NCBI GenBank assembly: GCA_024230435.1
Contig: JAAERL010000139.1
Coordinates: 6,339-70,338 of the forward strand
Direction: 5' to 3'
Length of the DNA: 64,000 bases
DNA from: Desulfobacteraceae bacterium
Lineage (GTDB): Bacteria > Desulfobacterota > Desulfobacteria > Desulfobacterales > Desulfosarcinaceae
The position numbers were made by a program, and so were the translations under genes. The notes below the pieces were generated by a model. That model saw only the letters and a list, made by a program, of their open reading frames with translations. It was not told the origin of the DNA and did not search any database. This document shows, piece by piece, positions 28,787-37,049 of the stretch. Numbering within the stretch: position 1 is the stretch's first letter; each line of letters opens with the position of its first letter.

Positions 28787-30914
28787 AGCATATAAAAATG
28801 TGCTGATTTTAAAAAAATATATGGGCCTGCCGTGGATAATATATAGACTTTATTATATTTTTTTAGTCCGTAGCGGTTTTCTCCGGATTAAAATGCCCAA
28901 GCCCGGTCAAAAAAAAGGCCGTAAAAGCTTCAATGTGTCCGGCGGATTTGATGTTGATACGTGTCACAAGGTTTTGCTGGATAAGAGTGAGAAATTCTTT
29001 TTCAACAGCCGTCAAAAAAAAACGTATCAATCGATGTTTAATAACTGGGACCTTGAGCAAGATCCCATTGCTCAGTCAGATGAGCTGGAAGAGGGGATTT
29101 TCCGGTATTTTTCATGGAAACGCCAATTTGTTGGCCTTTTGCCGGATTGGCATCGGAACCCGTTCACCAATCAAGTGTATCCAAATGGCCTGCACTGGAG
29201 TCAAATACCAGATTTTAAAAACGGTGATATCAAGATGGTTTGGGAGATCAACCGTTTTGACTGGGTCTATGTGCTGGTAAGAGCTTACTGGCGTACCGGT
29301 AACAAAGACTATCCGGAGCTGTTTTGGCGCCTGGTCAATCACTGGATTAGGCAAAATCCCGTAAATACGGGTGTGAACTGGAAGTGCGGTCAGGAGATCG
29401 GTTTGCGTCTGATGGCCCTTTGCTTTGGATTGTATGGATTTTTGGACCATGCTGAAACCCTGCCTGAAAATATTCTCTCTCTTTATGAACTGGTTTATCA
29501 TTCAGCCGTGCGTATTGAAAAAAATATTCACTACGCCATAAGCCAGAAAAACAATCATGCCATTAGCGAAGCTGCGGCCCTGTTTACCACGGCACTGCTG
29601 TTTAACGAATTCAAAGAAGCAAATAGATGGGAGACAAAGGCGCGCCGTTTGCTCGAACAGCTCTGCCGCCGGTTGATTTATGATGATGGGTCTTTTGCTC
29701 AGCATTCAGTCAATTACCACCGTATGATGCTTCAGCTTTATTTGTGGGTGATCCGCCTGGCTCAGCTAAATGACAAGCCCTTTGACCGCGCCGTGATTGA
29801 AAGAGTCAAATCGGCGGGCAATTGGCTTTTTCAGATTTTGAATCTATCTGACGGCCGGGTTCCGTATTACGGTCAAAATGACGGAGCCTATATCATGCAG
29901 CTCAATACCTGCGGTTACAAGGATTTTAGACCGGTGATAAACGCAGTTTACTATTTGGCTCATGGGCGGCGTTGTCTTTCCAATGGACCTTGGGACGAGG
30001 ATTTGTTCTGGTTTTTTGGACCCGATAGCATTAATTCAAAAAATGATAAGCCTGTGCAGCAAAACATGAATGCCCAATTAGGCGGGTATTACACCCTGCG
30101 CTCGCACAGCGGCTTTGCTTTTACCCGCAGTGCAAATTACCGTCATCGTCCCGGCCAGGCCGATTTATTACATGTTGATTTGTGGTGGCAGGGACAAAAT
30201 ATTGCCATCGATCCGGGCACACGCACCTATAACGCAGCTGAGCCCTGGAATAATCCTTTTGCGCATACAGCCTATCACAATACTGTTTCGGTAAACGGTA
30301 AGGACCAGATGGATCGTCTGGGTCGATTTTTATGGGCGCCGTGGCCCTTATGCAGCGGCAAATTCTTGGAAAGATTTGACAATAAACATACCGTCCAGAT
30401 ATGGATGGGCAGCCACAGCGGTTATAGCCGCAATCAAAAACAAATCAGCCATCAGCGAGCCATTATCAATATCAGCTGCGACCGGTGGCTGGTACTGGAC
30501 TGGTTATCTTCACAGCAAGAAAATCTTTATCGGTTGCATTGGCTGCTGGAAGATTTCCCTTTTAAGTGGGATGCCGGTGCAAATCATATGCGCCTGGAAA
30601 CCCCCAAAGGCTTCTATCACCTTTGTTTAGGCGTTTTTGGAGGTCAGGCAAAAAGTTCTTTTGTCAGGGCCGATGAGGCAACGCCAAGGGGCTGGCAGGC
30701 GCCTTATTATTCGATGATTAAACCCGTCTTGTCAGTGGATATGACGTCCACGGATCAAGACGTGATTTTTTGGAGCTATTTTACCCCGGCAATTAAGTCC
30801 GTCTCCCAACAAGAACAGCGGTTGGTTATTTGTGATTCCAAGTACACCCTGTCTGTTCATTTTAATGCTTGGGCCCGGTTACCGGAATTTGAGTTTTCAG
30901 ATATGGGAGAATAA
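28773..30914 (+). CDS. heparinase II/III family protein (alginate-lyase-like N-domain)
   Basis: Motifs WHRNPF, WEINRFDW, NWKCGQEIGLRLMAL, NNHAISEAAAL, HSVNYH, ADLLHVDLW and AYHNTVSVNG are typical of the heparinase II/III-like proteins found in O-antigen/EPS loci. Confidence 0.8.
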   Translation: MNPIKAYKNVLILKKYMGLPWIIYRLYYIFLVRSGFLRIKMPKPGQKKGRKSFNVSGGFDVDTCHKVLLDKSEKFFFNSRQKKTYQSMFNNWDLEQDPIAQSDELEEGIFRYFSWKRQFVGLLPDWHRNPFTNQVYPNGLHWSQIPDFKNGDIKMVWEINRFDWVYVLVRAYWRTGNKDYPELFWRLVNHWIRQNPVNTGVNWKCGQEIGLRLMALCFGLYGFLDHAETLPENILSLYELVYHSAVRIEKNIHYAISQKNNHAISEAAALFTTALLFNEFKEANRWETKARRLLEQLCRRLIYDDGSFAQHSVNYHRMMLQLYLWVIRLAQLNDKPFDRAVIERVKSAGNWLFQILNLSDGRVPYYGQNDGAYIMQLNTCGYKDFRPVINAVYYLAHGRRCLSNGPWDEDLFWFFGPDSINSKNDKPVQQNMNAQLGGYYTLRSHSGFAFTRSANYRHRPGQADLLHVDLWWQGQNIAIDPGTRTYNAAEPWNNPFAHTAYHNTVSVNGKDQMDRLGRFLWAPWPLCSGKFLERFDNKHTVQIWMGSHSGYSRNQKQISHQRAIINISCDRWLVLDWLSSQQENLYRLHWLLEDFPFKWDAGANHMRLETPKGFYHLCLGVFGGQAKSSFVRADEATPRGWQAPYYSMIKPVLSVDMTSTDQDVIFWSYFTPAIKSVSQQEQRLVICDSKYTLSVHFNAWARLPEFEFSDMGE

Positions 30915-30918
30915 CTAT

Positions 30919-32157
30919 ATGAATATTTTACTAATTCACCAGGCCTTTGTATCACCCGGCGAAGCCGGCGGAACTAGGCATTATGAGTTCGCCAGGCAAA
31001 TCGTTGATAAGGGGCATCGGTTCAAAATTATCGCCAGTGACACGCAGTACCTGACCGGCGAAAAATTGACGAAAAAAAAACGGTTGATTCAGCATAGAAA
31101 TGAAAAGGGTGTGGATATTTTTATAGCTTACACCTGTGCCAGCATCCACCGCAACTATATCTGGCGTGTTGTTTCATTTTTAAGTTTTATGTTCACCAGT
31201 GTTTTAGCAGGAGTATCGGCCGGAAAAGCCGACTTGGTTATGGGCACGTCACCACCGATTTTTCAGGCGCTTTCATCCTGGGCAATTGCAAGGGTTAGAA
31301 AAGTTCCGTTTGTCCTGGAAATCAGGGACCTGTGGCCGGAATTCGCCATTGATATGGGTATTTTAAAAAATTCTGTCATTATAGAATTAGCCCGCCTTTT
31401 GGAAAAATTTCTCTATGCACAGGCCGATCATATTATCGTCAATTCTCCGGCCTACAGGGATTATCTGAATGAGAAAGCCGGTGTGCCGCTAAAAAAGATT
31501 ACTCTGGTTCCCAACGGGGTAGATCCAAAGATGTTCTCAAAAAATGACGATGCCGACTGGGTGCGCCAAACGTATAACCTTAAAGATCATTTTGTAGTCA
31601 CCTATGCAGGCGCCATTGGAGCCGCTAATGATCTATCGATTCTGCTCAAAGCGGCCAAACAATTTAAAAAAGACGATTCTGTACGGTTTTTGATCGTTGG
31701 CGATGGAAAGCTTCGCCGCGAACTGGAAAATAAGGCCAAACAATTAAAACTTGAAAACGTTGTTTTCACCGGCGCGCTGCCAAAATCGAAAATGCCGTCG
31801 ATCATGGCTGCCTCGGATGCCTGTACGGCGGTTTTGAAAAATATTCCGATGTTCAAGACCACGTATCCGAATAAAGTGTTTGACTACATGGCTGCGGCAA
31901 GGCCCACTATATTAGCTATCGATGGGGTGATTCGGCAAGTTGTGGAAAAAGCCGGAGGCGGAATTTTCGTACCGCCCGGCGATTCCGAAGCGCTAGCTGA
32001 CGCGGTTCGAAAACTATCGCAGAATAAAACCCAGGCAAAAAAAATGGGCGATGCCGCCAAAAAGTACGTTACGGAAAACTTTAACCGTAAAAATCATGCC
32101 GAGCTTTTTGCCAAAACGTTATTAAGTGTGAAAAATGCGCGCAAAGAGACTCTTTGA
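30919..32157 (+). CDS. glycosyltransferase family 4 (WbuB-like)
   Basis: The start MNILLIHQAFVSPGEAGGTRHYEF has a GGGAGA RBS at 30905-30910. Typical WbuB-type N-terminus and GT4 C-terminal half. Confidence 0.85.
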   Translation: MNILLIHQAFVSPGEAGGTRHYEFARQIVDKGHRFKIIASDTQYLTGEKLTKKKRLIQHRNEKGVDIFIAYTCASIHRNYIWRVVSFLSFMFTSVLAGVSAGKADLVMGTSPPIFQALSSWAIARVRKVPFVLEIRDLWPEFAIDMGILKNSVIIELARLLEKFLYAQADHIIVNSPAYRDYLNEKAGVPLKKITLVPNGVDPKMFSKNDDADWVRQTYNLKDHFVVTYAGAIGAANDLSILLKAAKQFKKDDSVRFLIVGDGKLRRELENKAKQLKLENVVFTGALPKSKMPSIMAASDACTAVLKNIPMFKTTYPNKVFDYMAAARPTILAIDGVIRQVVEKAGGGIFVPPGDSEALADAVRKLSQNKTQAKKMGDAAKKYVTENFNRKNHAELFAKTLLSVKNARKETL

Positions 32158-32725
32158 TCTGCTTGCCGGATCAGCACTATTTTTTCTTGCATCACCACTG
32201 CTTGTCATGATTTCGTTGCTCATTCGGACCTATATGGGCAAACCGGTTTTTTTTAAGCAGTTAAGGCCCGGTTACAAGGCAAAGCCTTTTTATATGATTA
32301 AATTCAGAACGATGGGGGAGTATTTCGATGCAAATGGCGGACTTTTGCCGGACGCTGAACGTCTGACGAGGCTTGGAAGGTTTTTGCGGTCGAGTTCGCT
32401 GGACGAATTGCCCGGGCTTTTTAATGTTATAAAAGGCAGTATGAGCCTGGTGGGCCCAAGGCCGCTTCTGATGCAATACCTGGATCGTTATACCCTTGAA
32501 CAGGCGCGCAGGCATGATGTCAAACCCGGTCTTACCGGATGGGCCCAAGTAAACGGGCGTAATGCCATCAGTTGGGAAGAAAAGTTCAAATTGGATATCT
32601 GGTATGTTGATAATGCTTGCCTTTGGGCCGACATCATGATTATTCTACAGACATTAAAAAAGGTATTTCAGCGGGATGGCATCAGCCATCCCGGAGAGGC
32701 TACGATGGCGGAATTCAACCCCTGA
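32135..32725 (+). CDS. small monotopic phosphoglycosyl (sugar) transferase, PglC/WbaP C-terminal type
   Basis: MRAKRLFDLL, KPVFFKQLRPG, FYMIKFRTM, DELPGLFNVIKGSMSLVGPRP are the bacterial sugar transferase family hallmarks. Confidence 0.9.
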   Translation: MRAKRLFDLLAGSALFFLASPLLVMISLLIRTYMGKPVFFKQLRPGYKAKPFYMIKFRTMGEYFDANGGLLPDAERLTRLGRFLRSSSLDELPGLFNVIKGSMSLVGPRPLLMQYLDRYTLEQARRHDVKPGLTGWAQVNGRNAISWEEKFKLDIWYVDNACLWADIMIILQTLKKVFQRDGISHPGEATMAEFNP

Positions 32726-32755
32726 TGTATTGCTCCTGAACATCATGAAAAAAAA

Positions 32756-33445
32756 GTGAAACATAATAGTTTGTTTTTTTCCGTGAAATCTGTACTTAAA
32801 CGTTTTATATTTTTGCTTCGAAATTTTTTGTTTTTTTTATTCTGCATAACTTTTCTACAAGCGATTTATTATCACTATATTTATTATTTGCCGCAACCGC
32901 TTGAACAAGCCGATGCCGTTGTTGTTTTTTATGGAGGCAAGGGGCGAGCGGCAAAAGGATATGAGCTCTTAAACCTCGGTTATGCGAAATTTGGCATTTT
33001 TTCTCCTGCTAAAGAAGAAAAGCTTTACAAAGAAAAAAATCGATATGAGCTTGGAGCAGACGTGTCTTTTTTGGTCGAAACAAAGGCGCGGACAACCTAT
33101 GAAAACGCCTTGTATACCAGCAACATTATAACATCTACAGGTTTATCCTCGGTTATTCTGGTGACTTCACGCTCGCATATGCCCAGATCCTATTTTTTGC
33201 TCAAGTGCCTGTTAATAGGTAAAAATATTCCAATTCAACGGGTCTGGCCGGCAGTCAAACAAAAGCCCATGCAAGCCCGAGCGCGTTTTATGCGAAATGA
33301 AAAAGCGCTTTTGAATGAGATGACGCAATTATGGGGCAGTTTGATCGAGCTTGGTTACCATAAACTAACGGGAAAACTCCTGGACCGCAGTTTCAGAAGT
33401 TCAAAGATTATCCGGCGTATGGAAGACACGATCCGCCTGAAATAG
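32756..33445 (+). CDS. DUF218 (YdcF/ElyC-like) domain protein
   Basis: N-terminal TM helix, then ADAVVVFYGG...TTYENALYT...VILVTSRSHMPRS, the DUF218 pattern. GTG start is uncertain. Confidence 0.6.
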   Translation: MKHNSLFFSVKSVLKRFIFLLRNFLFFLFCITFLQAIYYHYIYYLPQPLEQADAVVVFYGGKGRAAKGYELLNLGYAKFGIFSPAKEEKLYKEKNRYELGADVSFLVETKARTTYENALYTSNIITSTGLSSVILVTSRSHMPRSYFLLKCLLIGKNIPIQRVWPAVKQKPMQARARFMRNEKALLNEMTQLWGSLIELGYHKLTGKLLDRSFRSSKIIRRMEDTIRLK

Positions 33446-33544
33446 TGTCTATCCATAAATGGCCGATTTGCCTGATATTTTTGTCAGATTGAAAAATTTT
33501 GTCCACTCAATATCGCCCTGGGCATATCAATTACCCATCGTAAA

Positions 33545-33568
33545 TTTTTTCCCGCCAATCGCCTAAGG
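33545..33568 (-). repeat. solo terminus of repeat family A
   Basis: TTTTTTCCCGCCAATCGCCTAAGG is the reverse complement of the A left terminus. It lies about 37 nt upstream of the aminotransferase ATG. Confidence 0.55.
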
Positions 33569-33605
33569 CGCTCAAGTACGAAACCCTAAAGAAATTATAC
33601 AAATT

Positions 33606-34793
33606 ATGTCCGAAAAAAAACGGCTATTTCTTTCACCTCCCCATATGGGCGGTGAAGAACTCAACTATGTTAAGCAAGCCTTTGAAAGTAACTACATTGC
33701 GCCTTTGGGCCCCATGGTGGATGCTTTTGAAGAGGCGATAAAGGAAAAAACCGGATTTACCAATGCCGTAGCCCTTGCCAGTGGAACCGCGGGCTTGCAT
33801 CTGGCTTTGCGGAATTTGGGAGTTGGTCCGGCTGATGAAGTCTTTGCTTCAACCCTTACGTTCATTGGCAGCGTGTCACCAATTGTCTTTCAACGCGCAA
33901 GGCCGGTTTTTATCGACTCTGATCTGCAAACGTGGACCCTTGACCCTGAACTGCTGGCTCAGGAGTTGCATTGTTGTCAAAAGCGCGGACGGTTGCCAAA
34001 GGCTGTAATACCAACGGATTTGTATGGCCAGTGTGCTGATATTGATAAAATCCTGGCTATATGCGACAGCTACGGCGTTGCTGTCATATCAGACTCGGCG
34101 GAATCTCTGGGTGCGCTCTATCAGGGCAGACATGCAGGCCTGGGAGCCAAAGCCGCCGTGTTTTCATTTAACGGGAACAAGATTATCACAACTTCCGGCG
34201 GCGGAATGCTGGTATCCGATGAAGCCCGATTCATAGAAAAAGCAAGATTCTTATCCCAGCAGGCCAGGGATAATGCCCCGCACTACCAGCATTCGCAAAT
34301 CGGTTATAATTATCGTATGAGCAATATTGCGGCTGCGATCGGCCTGGGTCAGCTTGAATGCCTGGACCAGCGCATTGCCCGTAAACGGGAAATTTTCAGG
34401 TACTATAAAAGTGCGTTAGACGATTTGCCGGGTATTTCTTTCATGCCCGAAGCCCGCTATGGGCGCAGCAACTATTGGTTAACGGTAATGCTCGTTAATC
34501 CGGCTAAATTTGGCGCTGATACGCATACCATCCGTTTAGCTCTCGAAGAACATAATATCGAATCACGTCCTGTCTGGAAACCCATGCATCTTCAACCGGT
34601 TTTTTCAATCATTGAAGATGAGACTAAACACCATCATACTACTTTGGAAAAATGCCCTGCAAGGGCGGTTGGCGGACATGTAGCCGAGGCGCTCTTTAAA
34701 AACGGGCTATGCCTGCCGTCCGGTACGGCTTTGAGTGAAAGACAATTAGAAAGCATCGTCATGCGGATTCGCAGACTGCATGGCGTTAATTAA
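33606..34793 (+). CDS. DegT/DnrJ/EryC1/StrS family PLP-dependent sugar aminotransferase
   Basis: YVKQAFESNYIAPLGP, ALASGTAGLHLAL, FSFNGNKIITTSGGGML (PLP lysine) and YNYRMSNIAAAIGLGQL are present. 395 aa. Confidence 0.9.
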   Translation: MSEKKRLFLSPPHMGGEELNYVKQAFESNYIAPLGPMVDAFEEAIKEKTGFTNAVALASGTAGLHLALRNLGVGPADEVFASTLTFIGSVSPIVFQRARPVFIDSDLQTWTLDPELLAQELHCCQKRGRLPKAVIPTDLYGQCADIDKILAICDSYGVAVISDSAESLGALYQGRHAGLGAKAAVFSFNGNKIITTSGGGMLVSDEARFIEKARFLSQQARDNAPHYQHSQIGYNYRMSNIAAAIGLGQLECLDQRIARKREIFRYYKSALDDLPGISFMPEARYGRSNYWLTVMLVNPAKFGADTHTIRLALEEHNIESRPVWKPMHLQPVFSIIEDETKHHHTTLEKCPARAVGGHVAEALFKNGLCLPSGTALSERQLESIVMRIRRLHGVN

Positions 34794-34955
34794 GGCGATT
34801 GGCGGAAAAGAATATACCAGATTGAGCAGGATTTTTTTTCGTATTCAAGGCGTGCCAAAGTTTGCATACTTAACGTATTCGCATCTTTGGCATAACGCAG
34901 AAGACGGGAAAAAAGACATACAAGATGGTATATTCTTTAACAGAAATCGCCTAAG
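34790..34955 (+). repeat. repeat family A, long copy A4
   Basis: TTAAGGCGATTGGCGGAAAAGAATATACCAGATTGAGCAGG...GATGGTATATTCTTTAACAGAAATCGCCTAAG. Its first bases contain the aminotransferase TAA stop (34791-34793). Confidence 0.85.
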
Positions 34956-35013
34956 GCGATTGGCGGAAAAAAAGACATACAAGATGGTTATTATTTGCCG
35001 CAAACCGCCTAAG
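34951..35013 (+). repeat. repeat family A, short form (internally deleted), tandem to A4
   Basis: CTAAGGCGATTGGCGGAAAAAAAGACATACAAGATGGTTATTATTTGCCGCAAACCGCCTAAG shares the CTAAG junction with A4. It has the same deletion architecture as 55710-55771. Confidence 0.7.
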
Positions 35014-35022
35014 CATTAGCAT

Positions 35023-35189
35023 CCTGGAAGCTGTAAATATACCGTAATTTGACCGGATCTGAATTCGTTTTTAAAAGTAAAGATCAGAGTATGCTTACCG
35101 CCTGTAAGCATTAGCGCAACATAACGAAAACGAATTCAAAAGGACATATAAATCAAGGCAAGCAACGGCGGGATACTTGAAGCTTCCAA
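35023..35189 (-). repeat. repeat family B, copy B2 (inverted relative to B3)
   Basis: CCTGGAAGCTGTAAATATACCGTAATTTGACCGGATCTGAATTCGTTTTT...GAAAACGAATTCAAAAGGACATATAAATCAAGGCAAGCAACGGCGGGATACTTGAAGCTTCCAA. Its reverse complement aligns along the whole length of 36858-37027. Confidence 0.75.
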
Positions 35190-35271
35190 CACCCAAACAG
35201 ATTTACAAACATGATATTTTAAAAAGGTTTGAAACAAGTCCTTTTTGAATCCAGAATAGAGGAGTTCAAGT

Positions 35272-36840
35272 ATGAGTACTTTGCCAAAACCTAATCCCTG
35301 GTGGATGCCTGTTATGCTAATTGCAGCAGCTTTAATATATAGCTACCGGGCGACAATTGATGGGTTGGTTCATCAATGGCTAAATAATGATGACTATTCA
35401 CATGGGATGCTCATTGTTCCCATTTGTATATACTTAGCCTGGCAGCGCCACGATCAGCTCGCGCAAACGCCCAGGTACACAGACTGGCGCGGTTTGCCAT
35501 TGCTGGTATTTTCGGTTGTGACATTTGTTTTGGGCGAGCTGGGCGCTGAGGTCTTTACCACGCGAATATCCCTGATTTTATGCTTTATCGCATCATTGTG
35601 GCTGCTTTATGGATTTGAGGTGATCAGGGTTCTGACGTTTCCCCTGGCGTTTTTGTTCATGATGTTGCCTTTGCCAGGCCTAATTTATCGCAATATTACG
35701 TTTCCTTTACAATTGATATCTTCCAAATGGTCGGTGAAATTTTTGCAGCTTTGTGGAATGATGGCTTACGCAGAGGGCAATATTATCGATTTGGGCTACG
35801 CGCAGTTTCAGGTGGTTGAAGCGTGCAGCGGACTGCGCTTTATTCTTGCGTTGTTTACCCTGGGAATATTTTTTGCGTTCTGGACCCCCAAGCCCCTTTG
35901 GAAGCGTGTTATATTGGTGGCCGCTACCGTTCCCATTGCCATGATCGCCAATATCATGCGCATTGCCGGAACCGGGTTGCTTGCAAAATTTTGGGGCGAG
36001 ACTGCCGCGCAAGGCTTTTTTCATAGCTTTTCCGGCTGGGGCATATTTATGATCAGTTTTATTTTTTTTTTCGGACTGAATGTGTTTTTAGGGCTTTTTT
36101 CCAAAGATAACGAATATGTTGAAAAAAAAAAGGCCGCTAAGAATATCGAAAATAAGAATATCGAAAAAAAGAATATCGAAAAAACCAATTCAAAGAATGC
36201 CGCCATTGCCATAACCGCCCTTGGATTGACTCTTTTATTGATCTTAACGGCGCCGTCGGTGGCGGACTTTTTTGGCAAGGTGCCGCCACAATCATTAAAA
36301 AAACCTCTTAAATCTTTTCCACTTAAGATACAAGGCCGCACCGGCACAGTAAAAATAATGGATCCCTTATTATGGAAGAGGGTCGGCGGGCAGCAATATT
36401 TTATGGCTGATTATCGCACAACCGGCAAACCGTTGATTAGTTTTTATGTAGCTTATTATGAATATCAACGCAAAGGCGGTGATTTTATTCATAGCCCCAA
36501 ACTTTGTCTGCCCGGATCCGGTTGGTATATTGAAACGAGTGATAAACGCGTGATCAGCAACGAGCAAGCCGGGCTTGAATTTAAAGAGATGATAGCCCAA
36601 AGGCTAGGCCGCAAACAGTTGGTCTATTATTGGTATCAGGGGCGCAGCCGCAATTTTACAAACGAGTTTGCCGCCAAATTCTGGATGGTGTGGGATGGCA
36701 TATGGCGTCGCCGCACCGATGGAGCTCTTGTAAGAGTTATTACTTCCATAACAGACGGCCAGCCGCTAAATCAGTCCCGCAAGGTTTTAGATCGGTTCGC
36801 TTTGGATGTTTCAGAGCAATTAAATCAATTTTTGCCCTAA
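35272..36840 (+). CDS. exosortase (EpsH-type) fused to C-terminal EpsI-family domain
   Basis: Exosortase hallmarks: NDDYSHGMLIVP, VVEACSGLRF (catalytic Cys) and ANIMRIAGTG (Arg). After a KNIE-repeat linker comes an EpsI-type domain with HSPKLCLPGSGW. RBS GAGGAG is upstream. Confidence 0.85.
   Translation: MSTLPKPNPWWMPVMLIAAALIYSYRATIDGLVHQWLNNDDYSHGMLIVPICIYLAWQRHDQLAQTPRYTDWRGLPLLVFSVVTFVLGELGAEVFTTRISLILCFIASLWLLYGFEVIRVLTFPLAFLFMMLPLPGLIYRNITFPLQLISSKWSVKFLQLCGMMAYAEGNIIDLGYAQFQVVEACSGLRFILALFTLGIFFAFWTPKPLWKRVILVAATVPIAMIANIMRIAGTGLLAKFWGETAAQGFFHSFSGWGIFMISFIFFFGLNVFLGLFSKDNEYVEKKKAAKNIENKNIEKKNIEKTNSKNAAIAITALGLTLLLILTAPSVADFFGKVPPQSLKKPLKSFPLKIQGRTGTVKIMDPLLWKRVGGQQYFMADYRTTGKPLISFYVAYYEYQRKGGDFIHSPKLCLPGSGWYIETSDKRVISNEQAGLEFKEMIAQRLGRKQLVYYWYQGRSRNFTNEFAAKFWMVWDGIWRRRTDGALVRVITSITDGQPLNQSRKVLDRFALDVSEQLNQFLP
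36139..36183 (+). repeat. in-frame 15-nt tandem repeat x3 in the exosortase/EpsI linker
   Basis: AAGAATATCGAAAAT / AAGAATATCGAAAAA / AAGAATATCGAAAAA encodes KNIEN-KNIEK-KNIEK. Confidence 0.9.
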
Positions 36841-36857
36841 AATTGATTTTTTCCGGG

Positions 36858-37027
36858 CCTGGAACCTGGCAAATATTCCCACTGTTGCTTGCCTTGATCC
36901 ATATGACCTTTAGAATCCGTTTTCGCCTGTTACGCCAATTGATACAGCCAATGAGTATACACTCATCTTCGTTTATTGAAAACGAATCCGAATCCGGCGC
37001 AATAACGGTAAAATTGCAGCTTCCAGG
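36858..37027 (+). repeat. repeat family B, copy B3
   Basis: CCTGGAACCTGGCAAATATTCCCACTGTTGCTTGCCTTGATCCATATGACC...GAGTATAC...GAAAACGAATCCGAATCCGGCGCAATAACGGTAAAATTGCAGCTTCCAGG. It starts 18 nt after the exosortase stop. Confidence 0.75.
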
Positions 37028-37049
37028 ACTTTCTGGATTGGAGTAACAA

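Noticed and set aside
34780-35019. Small ORFs lying entirely in repeat copies (34780-35019, 49329-49538, 5131-5406, 36630-37046, 53530-53828)
   Set aside because: Their 'conserved' peptides (for example PKFAYLTYSHLWHN.. and DGKKD) simply reflect nucleotide identity of repeat families A, B and C. They lack an RBS and a consistent frame, and different copies are read in different frames or carry stops.
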